DNA of 64,000 nucleotides, taken from Saccostrea cucullata. Lineage: Eukaryota. The stretch covers positions 434,001 through 498,000 of the forward strand of contig NW_026933217.1 of assembly GCF_032062105.1 (NCBI RefSeq). Direction: 5' to 3'. The notes beneath the pieces are model-generated. The model was not told where the DNA came from. It did not search any database and worked only from the letters and a program-made list of their open reading frames with translations. This document shows, in pieces, positions 1 through 11,000 of this stretch (the stretch's first letter is position 1; each line of letters starts with the position of its first letter). The position numbers and the translations under genes are program-made.

Positions 1-3000
1 GTATTCTGATTGTAGGTAAGGAGAGGGAGTAATAAAATAGGATTGGAAATAATTAGATATCTCAAAGAGTATGTAAATTTCATAGAAACTCATTCAAACT
101 TTTACAGATCTCTGGATTCAAAAGCAGGCAGAGGAATACATAGGTAAGTTACAACGCGGTAAACCATTTTGCATTCTTACTTAATTTTGTTTTGCGCGAA
201 AAAATATTTCAAAGTGAAATTAACCAATTAAGTCTGCAAATAAAAATCAAAGATTATGTGCTTTCACAGCCCAGCACATTGAAGAACGGGAGAGAAAAAG
301 TAAGTATGTTTATCTTCGAGATCAGATTGGGGGGGGGGGGAGTTAGTATCAAGGCAATGTTTTAATGAGACTGTTACAATAGTGTATTTTATTGGATTAC
401 AAACCATATAATACGTTTGATTTTTACATAAAATGTTTGCTTTTATATGTTTTAGGAGCGGACGAAAACTTGCAGAAATATTTAGGTACCTTTTCTAAAA
501 GATCAATTTGCAAAATCTTTCGCAAAATTAATTTCACGAATCTCCATTTTCGTATAAAACATTTGTTGTTTCAGAGCCACTCAAGAAGCCGTGGAGAATG
601 ATCTCGACAGAAGATGGTGATCCGTGGACTCCACAGGTCCGTGTGAAATATTTTATCACATTATATACACACCACGTTAAAAACTTCAATCTGTCAATAG
701 TACATGTACCTATTATTTCTCTGTAGAGAAGTGGACAGGCTTTCACTTGTATGTGAAAGCCTGTCATTTTCTCTACGGATAATAATGTACCTAAACTTGT
801 ATATGATTGTGGTTTTTTTCATATATGCTGATAATTACGTTTATTATTAATTTTGAATTCCATAAAGGATATAATGGGGTCTTAACTAATTTTTATCTGT
901 CTAATTTATTTTTTTTTAATTTAAGTTCGATGTTATGGGCAATTTGGAAAGACATTTTGACTTCTATTAGCAAAGTAAATATAATTTAATAGATTTATAA
1001 AAGAAGTTGTTTATGATTACAAAATTAGTCCGAAACAAATGGTATGGTTTTATTCACTTATTTCCAAATTCATATGATACAAGTAACAACGGGAACAATG
1101 ACATGATGTTCATTCCATTTCTTGCAAATTTTAGCATACCGGTATTCTGATTTGTGTTTTATCTTAATCACATATGCAATCGAATTTGTTCTAAATGTAA
1201 TTAACTAATGCAATTTGGCGTTAAAGGAATAGAAAATGTATTTTAAACCTAGGAAAGTGAATAAACTTGCAATGCAGTGGTGGCTATTATTCTTAAGTCA
1301 ATGCCAGAATTTCATCGCAATTTCTTACGGCAATGTGTTTAATGTCGGCCAATGCAGGTTGCACAATTATCAAAAGGGCCAATGCAGGTTGCACAACTAT
1401 CAAAAGGGCCAATACAGGGAATGTGAATCGCTCTTTCTTTATCCTTTTCCCTCTCTCTTTCTATCTATGGTCACTCGGGCATTTCAAGGCTCTTAAGGGC
1501 CAATACAGGCATTGGCTGACTCTCTCGCGCTCTCAAGAGAGTCCGTCAATGTCTGCATTATCTAGAGAGTCGGCCAATGCCTACATTGGACCTTGAGAGA
1601 GTCAGCCAATGCAGGCATTGGCCGACTGCACATCAGTCAGTCAATTCAGGCATTGGCCAACTGCGCAGTCAGTTAATGCAGGCATAGGCCAACTGCGCAG
1701 TCAGTTAATGCAGGCATTGGCCGACTGCACATCAATCTGTCAATGCAGGCATTGGCCGACTTCACATCAGTAAATCAATGCAATATTTTATCACATTATA
1801 TACACACCACGTCAAAAAGACCGTCAAAAACTTCAATTCATTCAATAGTACATGTACCTTTTATTCTCTGTATGTGAAAGCCTGTCATCTTCTCTAAAGA
1901 GAATAATGTACCAATATGATTGTGTTTTCCCTTGTCTGCTGATAATCACGTTTGTTATTATTTTTTTTTTAATTGTGAATGCCTGCATTGACTGAAAGAT
2001 GCTTGCATTGACTGACTGATGTAGGTTGGCCAATGCCTGCATTGACTGACTGTGCAGTATATTGATAGACATTATAATGCACAATACCTGACAGAGCTGC
2101 ATATTACTGGTAATCCTGCATTGGGGAATTGGAAAATGTAAATTATCTGCATTCGGATAAAGCTGCAAAAATTTAGTAGCATAGCAACAATGCAGGTAAG
2201 GAGATGTAAAATGGAAAAATAATTCTAATGAAAACATCTCCATCTGGAATTTCAGTATTTTACTTTTACTAATTTAACTTTATTTTGCTCAACTTTGAAA
2301 AGCAAAATTTTGTCAATTCAAATATGTGCTTCAGCATAGGTTTTTGTAAGGTGATGCACGAGTCATTTATAAACAAAGCTTAAAATGGTAAATGTTCGGT
2401 TCATAGAAATATAGTCAGAGCTCTTGAACTGGTTACTAATGCCTTTTTATTTTAGTATATATTTCTAGTTCTTCATAATCTTAAATACTGTATGTTGTAC
2501 TGTGTTGTTTATGTTATATATTTATTGGTTTTTTTTTTTTCATCATTTTGTTATAAAGTTCAAAGAACAACTCCTGGAAAAAATTGTAAAACTGAAGCCA
2601 GCTGCAGAGATCAACTACTTCAATATTTTGCTTCTTGGTCAAGCTGCATCTGGAAAATCGTCTTTTTTCAATACATGTGCCACTGCAATAGAGGATAGTA
2701 ATAGACTCAAAACCCTCAGTCAGGTTTATCAGAAGGCTTCTAAAAGTGTGACTACATCGGTAAGCAAATATTTTGACAGGAATCAAATAAATAATAAAAT
2801 TTGAATTAGAAAATGCAAACTATGTGTTTTTATTCGCATTTTCTTGAAAATATATTTAAAATTTACAAATTTTACCTTACATTATATAATATGATTGACT
2901 TTAAAGATGAAGTCTGAAGAATAATCGAGGGTAAAAACGCGTTACATTGAGAATTTAGATCTTCTATACATTTTTGTGAGCATTTTCAATTAGTCATTGC

Positions 3001-5910
3001 CTGATTTTCAGAACCTGAGGATTGGAGTACCTGAATTAATGTTGAATACATGTATAAAGATACTGTAACCCAACTTTTATTCACGACGACTTTATTTCGC
3101 GATTTACCGAGGATAAACTAGTTTGTGACGATTTATTTTCGCTATCAAGCCTATTTTAGCTCTGTTGTTTATAGGCTCATAGACCTTAAGGACCAGTTCG
3201 CGGCGATAAATATTCGCGATGACGAAGCTCTCGCGAACATCGCGAAAATTTCTCGCACGCGCATAAAAGTTGGTTTACAGTATGCGACTTAAAACTGAAC
3301 AAGACTCATATAAATAAGGCATACGCCATTTTCGATATTATTATCTACTAAATCAGCACCGGGATATATCCTTCACATTCGTAACATATGGCTGCTTTAT
3401 TGTCATATATTTCCATTTCTAATTTTAACTGTTTGAAAGTTTAGGGAATTTATTTCTCGATAATTCTGTCGAAATGTAAATTAGGCAGGTCGATAAGTCA
3501 GCAGCTAAGGAGGCATAATATGCATGCAAATCTCGTGCCTTTGTGTTTGATGTCAGTGTGCGAGAACTATTGAAATTGGTGTGGAAGTCCTCGTGTAATT
3601 TAAATCAATTAGTCTACATTTTTAATGTCTAAGTCTACAGTTTTATTTCACAATGAAATGGAAATATAAGGAATCACTGTCTAGTTTTAAATGACATCAA
3701 CAATAGTGGAAACATTAATTTTAGCAAACCGGCTTCGTCTGTTATGCAAATTTGTGTTGTTGATTTGTATATTGTAAATGTATGTGAGCTTGGAATGGCG
3801 ACTCGCGCTCGTGCTTGTTACTTCAGTATCTTACATTACCTTTGTTAACATTTTATTGCAGATAAATGTACATGTATTTGTGTTTATGTGTAAATTGTAC
3901 TGACGTATGTAACTGTTGAACTTCTAATAATTTATTGTATTTTACTCTCCTGTATTAGAAGAGTTACTTTTTTGTTATTACCGAGTGCTGTGTATCTTTT
4001 TACTCTTTTGTCTAGATGTCAGTGTTACATCTCCCTGACAATTGTACCAATGTACATCGGTGATGGCCGATTACACTAAACACTAACCAATTGAGCGTTT
4101 ATAAATAGGGGACCTCAGATATAGCGAGTAAACCATCGAAAATGGCGGATATATTCCTTTTACGAATCATGTTCAGCTTCAAAGTAGCCTTTGTAGACTA
4201 TGTTGTTAATTCTAGATCTTATTATATCCTTAAAGTTGATAATTTTATAGCTACTAGTATATGGTACATCTGACCAAAATTAACTCTTTGTAATGAAATA
4301 TTCTCTGTATAAGCTTGATGAATACAAACATTTTCCTGTGATGCTTTAGCTGGAAGTTTTCCCGCTTCATACTAGAGACGGACAGATTCTACCACTTCGG
4401 TTGTTTGATTGTAGGGGACTCAATGTAGAACACGGTGTACCCACGGAAGACATTATGCTGATTGTTCAGGGACACGTACGTAACGGATATGAGGTATATA
4501 TCTGGCTACAGTTCCTTGCATATTGCTAACATATTAATTGTGTTTTTTATTATCCCTCGGTATATGTGAATTTACATATTTTTGCATAAACACAGGATCG
4601 ACAAATCCCCTAAATTAAAGTTTGTAATACTTACAATGTATAGAGTCGTTTTACAGTTTCAAAGTTCTGTGTTCTTTCTTGAATTTATATAGTTCTGAGC
4701 TGAGAGCTGGAGAAAAAATGACTAAACATGATGAGACTCTTCAATGTTAGAGACAATATTTATAATTAAAGTGTATAAAATTATTGATGAAAACATATCA
4801 AATAGTTTTAAAATTAATTTTCAGATTAATCCAGAAGTTTCCATCAAGAAGGAAAACCCCAAATATAGAGAACATGCGGGGCTTAAGGACCGCATGCATT
4901 GTGTGGTGTATGTCACTAACGCTGAGAATCCAACAGAACAACTGACCGATCCGAAAACGGAGGAACAGCTTAGATATGTCCGGGAATCGATCACCTCTGA
5001 CCGTGAGACCAATAAAATAGCTTTATTTCATATACATATCGATTGATTGATCGATTGTATGTTGTTTTATAGTTACCTTTCGTTTTAGAATTTTTATAAA
5101 GAGACATCAATATGTACCAGTGAAGGGCATCAATTTATAGACCTAAATTTACTTATGGGTCATTGAGCAGTGAGGGGTCTGTATCGTGCCTTACGCTTGT
5201 CGTGACAGAAACCTGGAGTTTTAACGTCCACTTCAATTAAAGGACCCGCAACTTTCACCTAATTCAAAGAGCCAGGCGATCAGCAAAATTGCAACCCAAT
5301 TTTTCTTGACTTCTTCAGTCGCAGTCGGGGTTCGAACCTATCCAATACATATTGAGATAACAGAAATTAAATGACATTACACTTGAAATTGAAAAAAGAG
5401 GTCTATGGGCCAAATCACTCACTTGAGCACCTTTATCAGATAAAATCAGAGAAGTACAATGTTCTGAAAAGTTTGAATATAAAAGTGTCTAATTGTGTGT
5501 TTTAAATGAGCTAAGTAATTAAGTTTAATTCAATTTCGCAGACATGATTGCATTAATTGGTAATGCATTCTGGCAGTCACTGTTTCAATGTTTTTATTTC
5601 CATTTTACTTGCAGATGTCCCACAAGTAGTCCTCTTCAATAAGATCGACAAACTCCGTATTTCCAACAGAGATGATTTGGGTGATGTTTTTAGAAGTCAG
5701 AGCGTGAGAGATGCATGTTATAAGGCGGCAGAATACATGCAGATTCCACTGATGAATGTTCTACCCATGTCCAACTACCACGAGGAAAATCTGCCAACTC
5801 TGGTGAAAAATATTTTGGCGCTCTTTTATTTATTGACCATGATGCAGAGAGCAAACGATTTTGTAGCAAACAGTGCTAGAGGGAATGTTCCAGAGGACTT
5901 TTATGATTAA
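1..5910 (+). CDS. IFI44: Interferon-induced protein 44-like P-loop GTPase, spliced, 5' end outside the window. Exons: <1-15, 108-143, 270-299, 456-485, 575-636, 2559-2759, 4350-4493, 4825-5002, 5615-5910
   Basis: All introns are GT-AG and the phases join into one ORF: ...ILIVDLWIQKQAEEYIAQHIEERERKRADENLQKYLEPLKKPWRMISTEDGDPWTPQ|FKEQLLEK...NILLLGQAASGKSSFFNT...SVTTS|LEVFPL...LRLFDCRGL...GHVRNGYE|INPEVSI...LKDRMHCVVYV...|HVPQVVLFNKIDK...PMSNYHEE...RANDF...*. The motifs KPWR, ILLLGxxxSGKSSFFN, DxxG, GHV..GY, D+.HCVVYV, PQVV...K.D and NY..E are characteristic of the IFI44/IFI44L family. The symbol marks the family, not one-to-one orthology. Confidence 0.9.
1347..2060. repeat. Intronic GGCCAATGCAGGCATT-core minisatellite/palindrome cluster
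   Basis: 30-bp tandem pair from 1347; imperfect palindrome ~1490-1600; 31-35-bp units GGCATTGGCC(G/A)ACTGC..CAGT(C/T)AATGCA at ~1612-1781; reverse-complement units at ~1978-2058. Confidence 0.8.
3061..3282. mobile_element. Tc1/mariner-type MITE (TA target)
   Basis: TA|CTGTAACCCAACTTTTAT...ATAAAAGTTGGTTTACAG|TA terminal inverted repeats; CGCGA-rich interior. Confidence 0.8.
5040..5340 (-). mobile_element. tRNA-derived SINE, degenerate
   Basis: On the minus strand: B-box-like GGTTCGAACCCC at the 5' end, body motif CACTGCTCAATGACCCATAAG, and an (AATC)n tail. The same family occurs at 21905-24950, 39108-39340 and 52820-52900. Confidence 0.65.
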
Positions 5911-6187
5911 ATGTATACTGTTAATAATTATTTCTTCTGAGGGGATTTGTGTCATTTGACAAACCAAATATGTAATATAAAGGATGACTGCACTTAACGC
6001 CGGTTTTTGGGTCTTTTTCAATCTCTGTTGTCACATTTATTTTTGTTTTTATTTTGTCAGAATCATTTGTGTTAGAGTTTGGTCTATTTAAGAAATAAGG
6101 TAATTTTTGATTTCGGGATATAAAAGACGTCACACACAATAAACGAAGGGCTTGTGATGAAAATCGTGGACAAGTAAACATCACTAT

Positions 6188-6495
6188 TTATAGCTGAAAG
6201 ATGTTTTAAAATGATACCTTATTACTTATATTTACATTTGTGACTTATTCATACTTTATATTTACCTGATTGTGACTTTAAGCGTGTGAAATGCGTTATT
6301 TTTCAAACTCAACGGCAAGTATGTAATCCACTGAACGCGCGTCGACCCTTTATGACGTCACTGAGAAATTACGTCAAACGATTATCCATACGCACATCTA
6401 TGACCTCTTGACCCCGTACCTGTATTCATACAGTTATAGATACGCATTCCTTTTGGTAGTGTTATATAAAGGAAAACATTTGCAAATGTAAATAT
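6188..6495 (-). mobile_element. Hairpin cassette, family A, copy lacking most of its hairpin
   Basis: About 300 bp, closely matching the reverse complement of 7220-7525, e.g. CCACTGAACGCGCGTCGACCCTTTATGACGTCACTGAGAAATTACGTC. Confidence 0.8.
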
Positions 6496-6704
6496 TTCCA
6501 AATGAAATGCAATGTCATAAAGGTTATAAACTGCGTTGCAATAAAATAATTCGTTGTTTCCTTACCCCACCTCTCTGCAAATATCGGGAAATCAGATTTA
6601 TCTGCCCTTGAATGAAGATAAGATTTATAAATATGCATAAGAGGTGGAGCTAATATTGTTATGAGTTGTCTAAAATTAGAATAGTTAGTGTATTTATATT
6701 TAGT

Positions 6705-6705
<1 letters not shown>

Positions 6706-6754
<49 letters not shown>
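6706..6754. repeat. (CT)n microsatellite
   Basis: About 24 perfect CT units. Confidence 0.95.
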
Positions 6755-6757
<3 letters not shown>

Positions 6758-7219
6758 ATATGTTTGTCACTTTTATCTTTTAAGTTTTCAAATAAAGTAT
6801 ATAACTAATAACAAATAATACCGGCCGGTAAAAGTAGTCATTCTTATTGATAATCAAAAGCATTGGCTGATGTCAACAATTTGCGTGTTCGAGCTCAGAC
6901 TAATGCACAGTACAGAATCAATTATATTCAGATCCGGGATCGAGACCCGCAAACAGCAGTAAGACTAATTTTATTTTTCCTTTTTATAAAAAAGAAAGAA
7001 AAACATCACACTTACTTTTTTTTTTTTTTTTAAAAATAGTTTCTTTTATAATTACTTTTCCGTATAAATTAGCGAGCTGGGGAATTTCAATTTTATTTAC
7101 TGGATCTTACTTTAGATGTTCATATTAAACAATGGTTCAAAACATATACATATAAATGAATCTTTTTCTTCATATGAAGACTATGAACATGTAGAGACAT
7201 ATAATGCACTCAAAAATAT

Positions 7220-7650
7220 ATATTTACATTTGCAAATGTTTTCCTTTATATAACACTACTGAAAGGAATGCGTATCTACAACTGTATAAATACAGGTACG
7301 GGGTCAAGAGGTCATAGATGTGCTTATGGATAAACGTTCGACGTAATTTCTCAGTGACGTCATAAAGGGTCGACGCGCGTTCAGTGGATCACATAGGCCG
7401 TTGGGTTTGAAAAATAATGCATTTCACATGTTAAAAGTCACAATCAGGCAAATTTAAAGTATGAATTAGTCACAAATGGAAATATAAGTAATAAGGTATC
7501 ATTTTAAAACATCTATCGGGCTATAAATACGGGTCGGTACGAGATTAAATTCAACATAAAGCCCTTCGGGCTTTATGGAATTTAATCTCGTGACCGACCC
7601 GTATTTATATCCCGATAGATGTTTAAAAATGATACCTTATTTCTTAAATA
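7220..7650 (+). mobile_element. Hairpin cassette, family A, complete: short sub-terminal inverted repeat plus ~163-bp palindrome
   Basis: Starts ATATTTACATTTGCAAATGT, with the inverted partner CAAATGGAAATAT at ~7473-7485. Palindrome 7485-7647 is centred on CATAAAGCCC-TTC-GGGCTTTATG. Confidence 0.8.
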
Positions 7651-8026
7651 TTTACATCCACTGAATATTTTCTTCTTTATTTCTTAAGAAAACCCATTGC
7701 GTTCATCACTGCATAAACTACATTAGGCACATCACCTGTACAGATTTCTTTATCAGTGGCCGTTCCATCAATGAAACGTACAAAGACGTTCGCATTATTA
7801 ACACAATAATTAATATTTTTGATCCTAATTAAAATGGTAATTTAAACAGATATAAATATAAACAATAAAATGTCTTTCTTTGTTTGTTATTACTGGAATG
7901 AACGGTCGCAGCTATTGCAGAAAAATTCACATAACCCGCTTACGCGGGTTATGTATTTTTTCTGCAACAGCTGCTTCCGTTCATTCCAGTAACAACAAAC
8001 AAAGAAAGCATTTTATTGTTTAAATA
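7648..8026 (+). mobile_element. Hairpin cassette, family B, joined head-to-tail to family A
   Basis: ATATTTACATC...GATATAAATAT, then a ~165-bp palindrome (7859-8023): TAAACAATAAAATG...CATAACCCGC-TTAC-GCGGGTTATG...CATTTTATTGTTTA. Confidence 0.75.
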
Positions 8027-11000
8027 AAGATAGTAAAATGAAATGATTTTGAGATAAATATAAGAATAATCTTATAGATATCCAAGAGAAAAAAGAATAG
8101 CCCGTGCTCGATGGGAATGAATTGAAACAGATATCTGATATGGACAATCACTATCGCCCAACAGAATGCGTGTTTCCTTACACGTCACGTGATGGAATTT
8201 AAGTATTCGCAGAGTTACCTGGGTATAGAAATCGCGTGGTTAATTAATATTATTCAACAGGTAACAACGTGGTCAAAATGGCCTGTTTACTATAGAGAAA
8301 GTGAACACACGAGAAACAGTTTATTCTCTTTTTAACCATGAGCGCATGTTTGTCTATTGATCTCCTTTTGATATGAGGTAATTTATATAAATATACAACT
8401 ACCATAAAAAGGAGAACAATAGACAAACATGCGCTGACTATGCATTAAGCCTGTAAAAAGCTGGACATACTCATTATCCTATGGAGATTCCAGAATATGC
8501 GATGACCCCTCCCTACAAAAACGACTTCGAACTTTGTTAATACGAACTTTTAATTAACGTAATTACACAAAGTTGCAGTTAAGAAATTTACCATTTCTAC
8601 CATTAAAAATAAAATGCCCATCTTTAAAATTGATTATGTCGCAATTTTTGAGTTTCTTTAAGTGCAGTCATCCTTTATTAAAAAGCAATTAGCATTATTT
8701 CTTTAGGTATTTATTTGTTAATCGATTGTCGTAAGAAGACGTGAATTTGATTTCATTAAAGACGTCACACAATTTATGTGCTATTTACATCACCTTTTCT
8801 CATCCTATATTTGCTGTATTCATGTAGATCTTAAGACGTCACACCTAATTGATGTGCTAATTATCACACTACAGCTCATCTTGTAAAACTCTAATGCTCA
8901 ATTTTATCTTGCCATTTAATTTCATATAATCAAATATATCAAATAGTTATCAAGTTCAAAAATATATGTCTTGGATAGAATTTAAAACAAGGATGTAAGA
9001 GAATGCACGTGGTTAATAATTCTGGAAATATTTGTCAGAGACTCTTTGTATCTCGTGGCATGCCTGGGGCCATACAGGGAGGTCAAAAGTTATATGACCG
9101 CCATGGAAGTTAACTAAACCAAGTGTAGATCTATATATATCTTTAACAGAATTTTTTAAGAAATCAGAGACAAATTCCCTGATCTACAAACAAAAGTTAG
9201 CTGAAGAAAAAATGGTATAAAAATCATACAGTCGAGATCTACACAGATGGTTCAAAAGACAACAATAAAGTTGCGTCAGCTACTGTAATGAATTAAAAAT
9301 AATGTATTAAACATATGAATATCTACTGAGTTTCAACAAGGACTGGAGAAGACATCTTATATATAAGGAGTCCTATAGTGATACATACAGCTGTAAGTAC
9401 TGCAGACTATTACGAGTGTGGAGGTCGTTCAGAAAAAAATGGTCATGCATCTCTATCAATGGCGAAATGATATCTAGTCATTCCTTGATATCTCAAAAGT
9501 GCATATATAATTGGCTGCTACATGTACCTATGTACACCTGTAAACAACCTGCATGGCTGTTTTAGAATTCGTGAATTCATTCACATAAGATTTTCTTTTG
9601 AAAAGTTCATAAAATTCAGCAAATGGGGCATGGCGCGTCAAAGTCGTATCACCTCCATGAAACATATTAAATTATAATCATGATACAGTAATGTCAAGTC
9701 AGATTGATGCAAAGGATCAAATCGACCGCAAACAGAATTTAATTTTGCATTTCAAAAAGCAATTTCACAATTTTAAAAACATCCATGCAAACAAAGCACA
9801 AGATATTCAAAGCTGAAATAGTGATCATTTTTATTTCAGACTGTCTTCAGAGCAAACTAAATAAATAATTTCTTTAAAAATTAAAAGTTTGGTGCATTTA
9901 CTCATCAGATTCATCGATGTTATGAAGTCAATGATAAGAATTTGTTGAACATGTTGAAATCAAAATGAATTTTTGGGCCTCGCCGCCTCTCAAGATGAAC
10001 CACGTGTTGATACCCCGGATCATTGTCGCGTGATAATATCCATGGTTTCTACACACTTGGTGCTGCAAGGTGCGTTGCAAAATGTAAAATAAAATTATAT
10101 ATCCTTGTCATTCGCAGCTGTTACATAAGCATATTCAAAACAATTTTTACTACTTGGACAACTTTTCAAATTTTATTCACTAACGCATTAAATATCACGT
10201 CATTATTATCCGGAAAATCATGACAATTCCCTTTCGTATCTTAAACACTCCCAGGCTGAGGATTCCTTATTGTAAACTCTTTTTATTTAAGGAATGAATT
10301 AAATAGCAACCCAAATTATACTAAATATATACATGTAACCTGGGTTGGGGCAGTTTTTTTTATCCAATCAAATGACGCGTTACAACCAAAATTAAATTAT
10401 TTAACTATAAATCATCAATTATCTGATAAGAAATGATTAAGAAATTGAAACATGATAACAACAATCAATATTTAGTACTATAAAGCAAGTTTTTAAAATA
10501 TTTTACTCATGATTTTATATATGAAAAATCAATCAAGAATTATTTTAAGTTCAAAAAAAAGTTTCATTTCCCCATGTGCACTTTCTAGCACAACCAGTCC
10601 ACAAATAGATCGCTGCTGCGGTCGATATCATATAAAGTTCACTTAGTATACTATCAAATTCCTCTATCAGTACTTTTAGTACTTTGATGGCATGTCCTTC
10701 GGAACTCGCAACGCAGTTTCTTCGTAGGAAGGCAATCAAGGAAAACCGAATGTTAAATACACAGAGAAAATTCGATTTTTATGAGTGTAAACAAAATAGA
10801 CCAAGCTGATGGTTCTAAAGTAAGTCTTTAAATCAGGTAAGATTTTCTTGGAAATGAATTTGCTATCAAGAAATCTTCATATTCCACTGGGCCTGATATT
10901 TTATCAGAAATGTCCTTGCTCAAAATATTTACCACAAGCCTCTGAATGCATGCATATCACATGGCCAGGAGGGTGACTGACCTAACAGAATATATTCGTC

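Larger units (their letters stand above)
5977..8678. mobile_element. Putative 2.7-kb non-autonomous TIR element (Kolobok-like AGG...CCT ends) holding nested hairpin cassettes
   Basis: Perfect 21-bp inverted repeat ATAAAGGATGACTGCACTTAA (5977-5997) / TTAAGTGCAGTCATCCTTTAT (8658-8678). The flanks are ATAA/TTAT rather than a clean TTAA, so the superfamily is tentative. Confidence 0.45.

Noticed and set aside
1236-2243. ORFs of 86-133 aa in the IFI44-like intron
   Set aside because: Derived from the minisatellite and palindrome; no domain and no splice support.
5320-5340. tRNA gene (GGTTCGAACC B-box)
   Set aside because: No cloverleaf can be formed; it is the head of a degenerate SINE.
7555-7580. 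Rho-independent terminator (GCCC-TTC-GGGC followed by TTT)
   Set aside because: The context is eukaryotic and the stem is the apex of a much longer palindrome.
10700-10842. Possible non-coding first exon of zinc-finger gene A (donor-like AAA|GTAAGT and CAG|GTAAGA)
   Set aside because: Plausible, but it cannot be linked to the acceptor at 17832 without transcript data.
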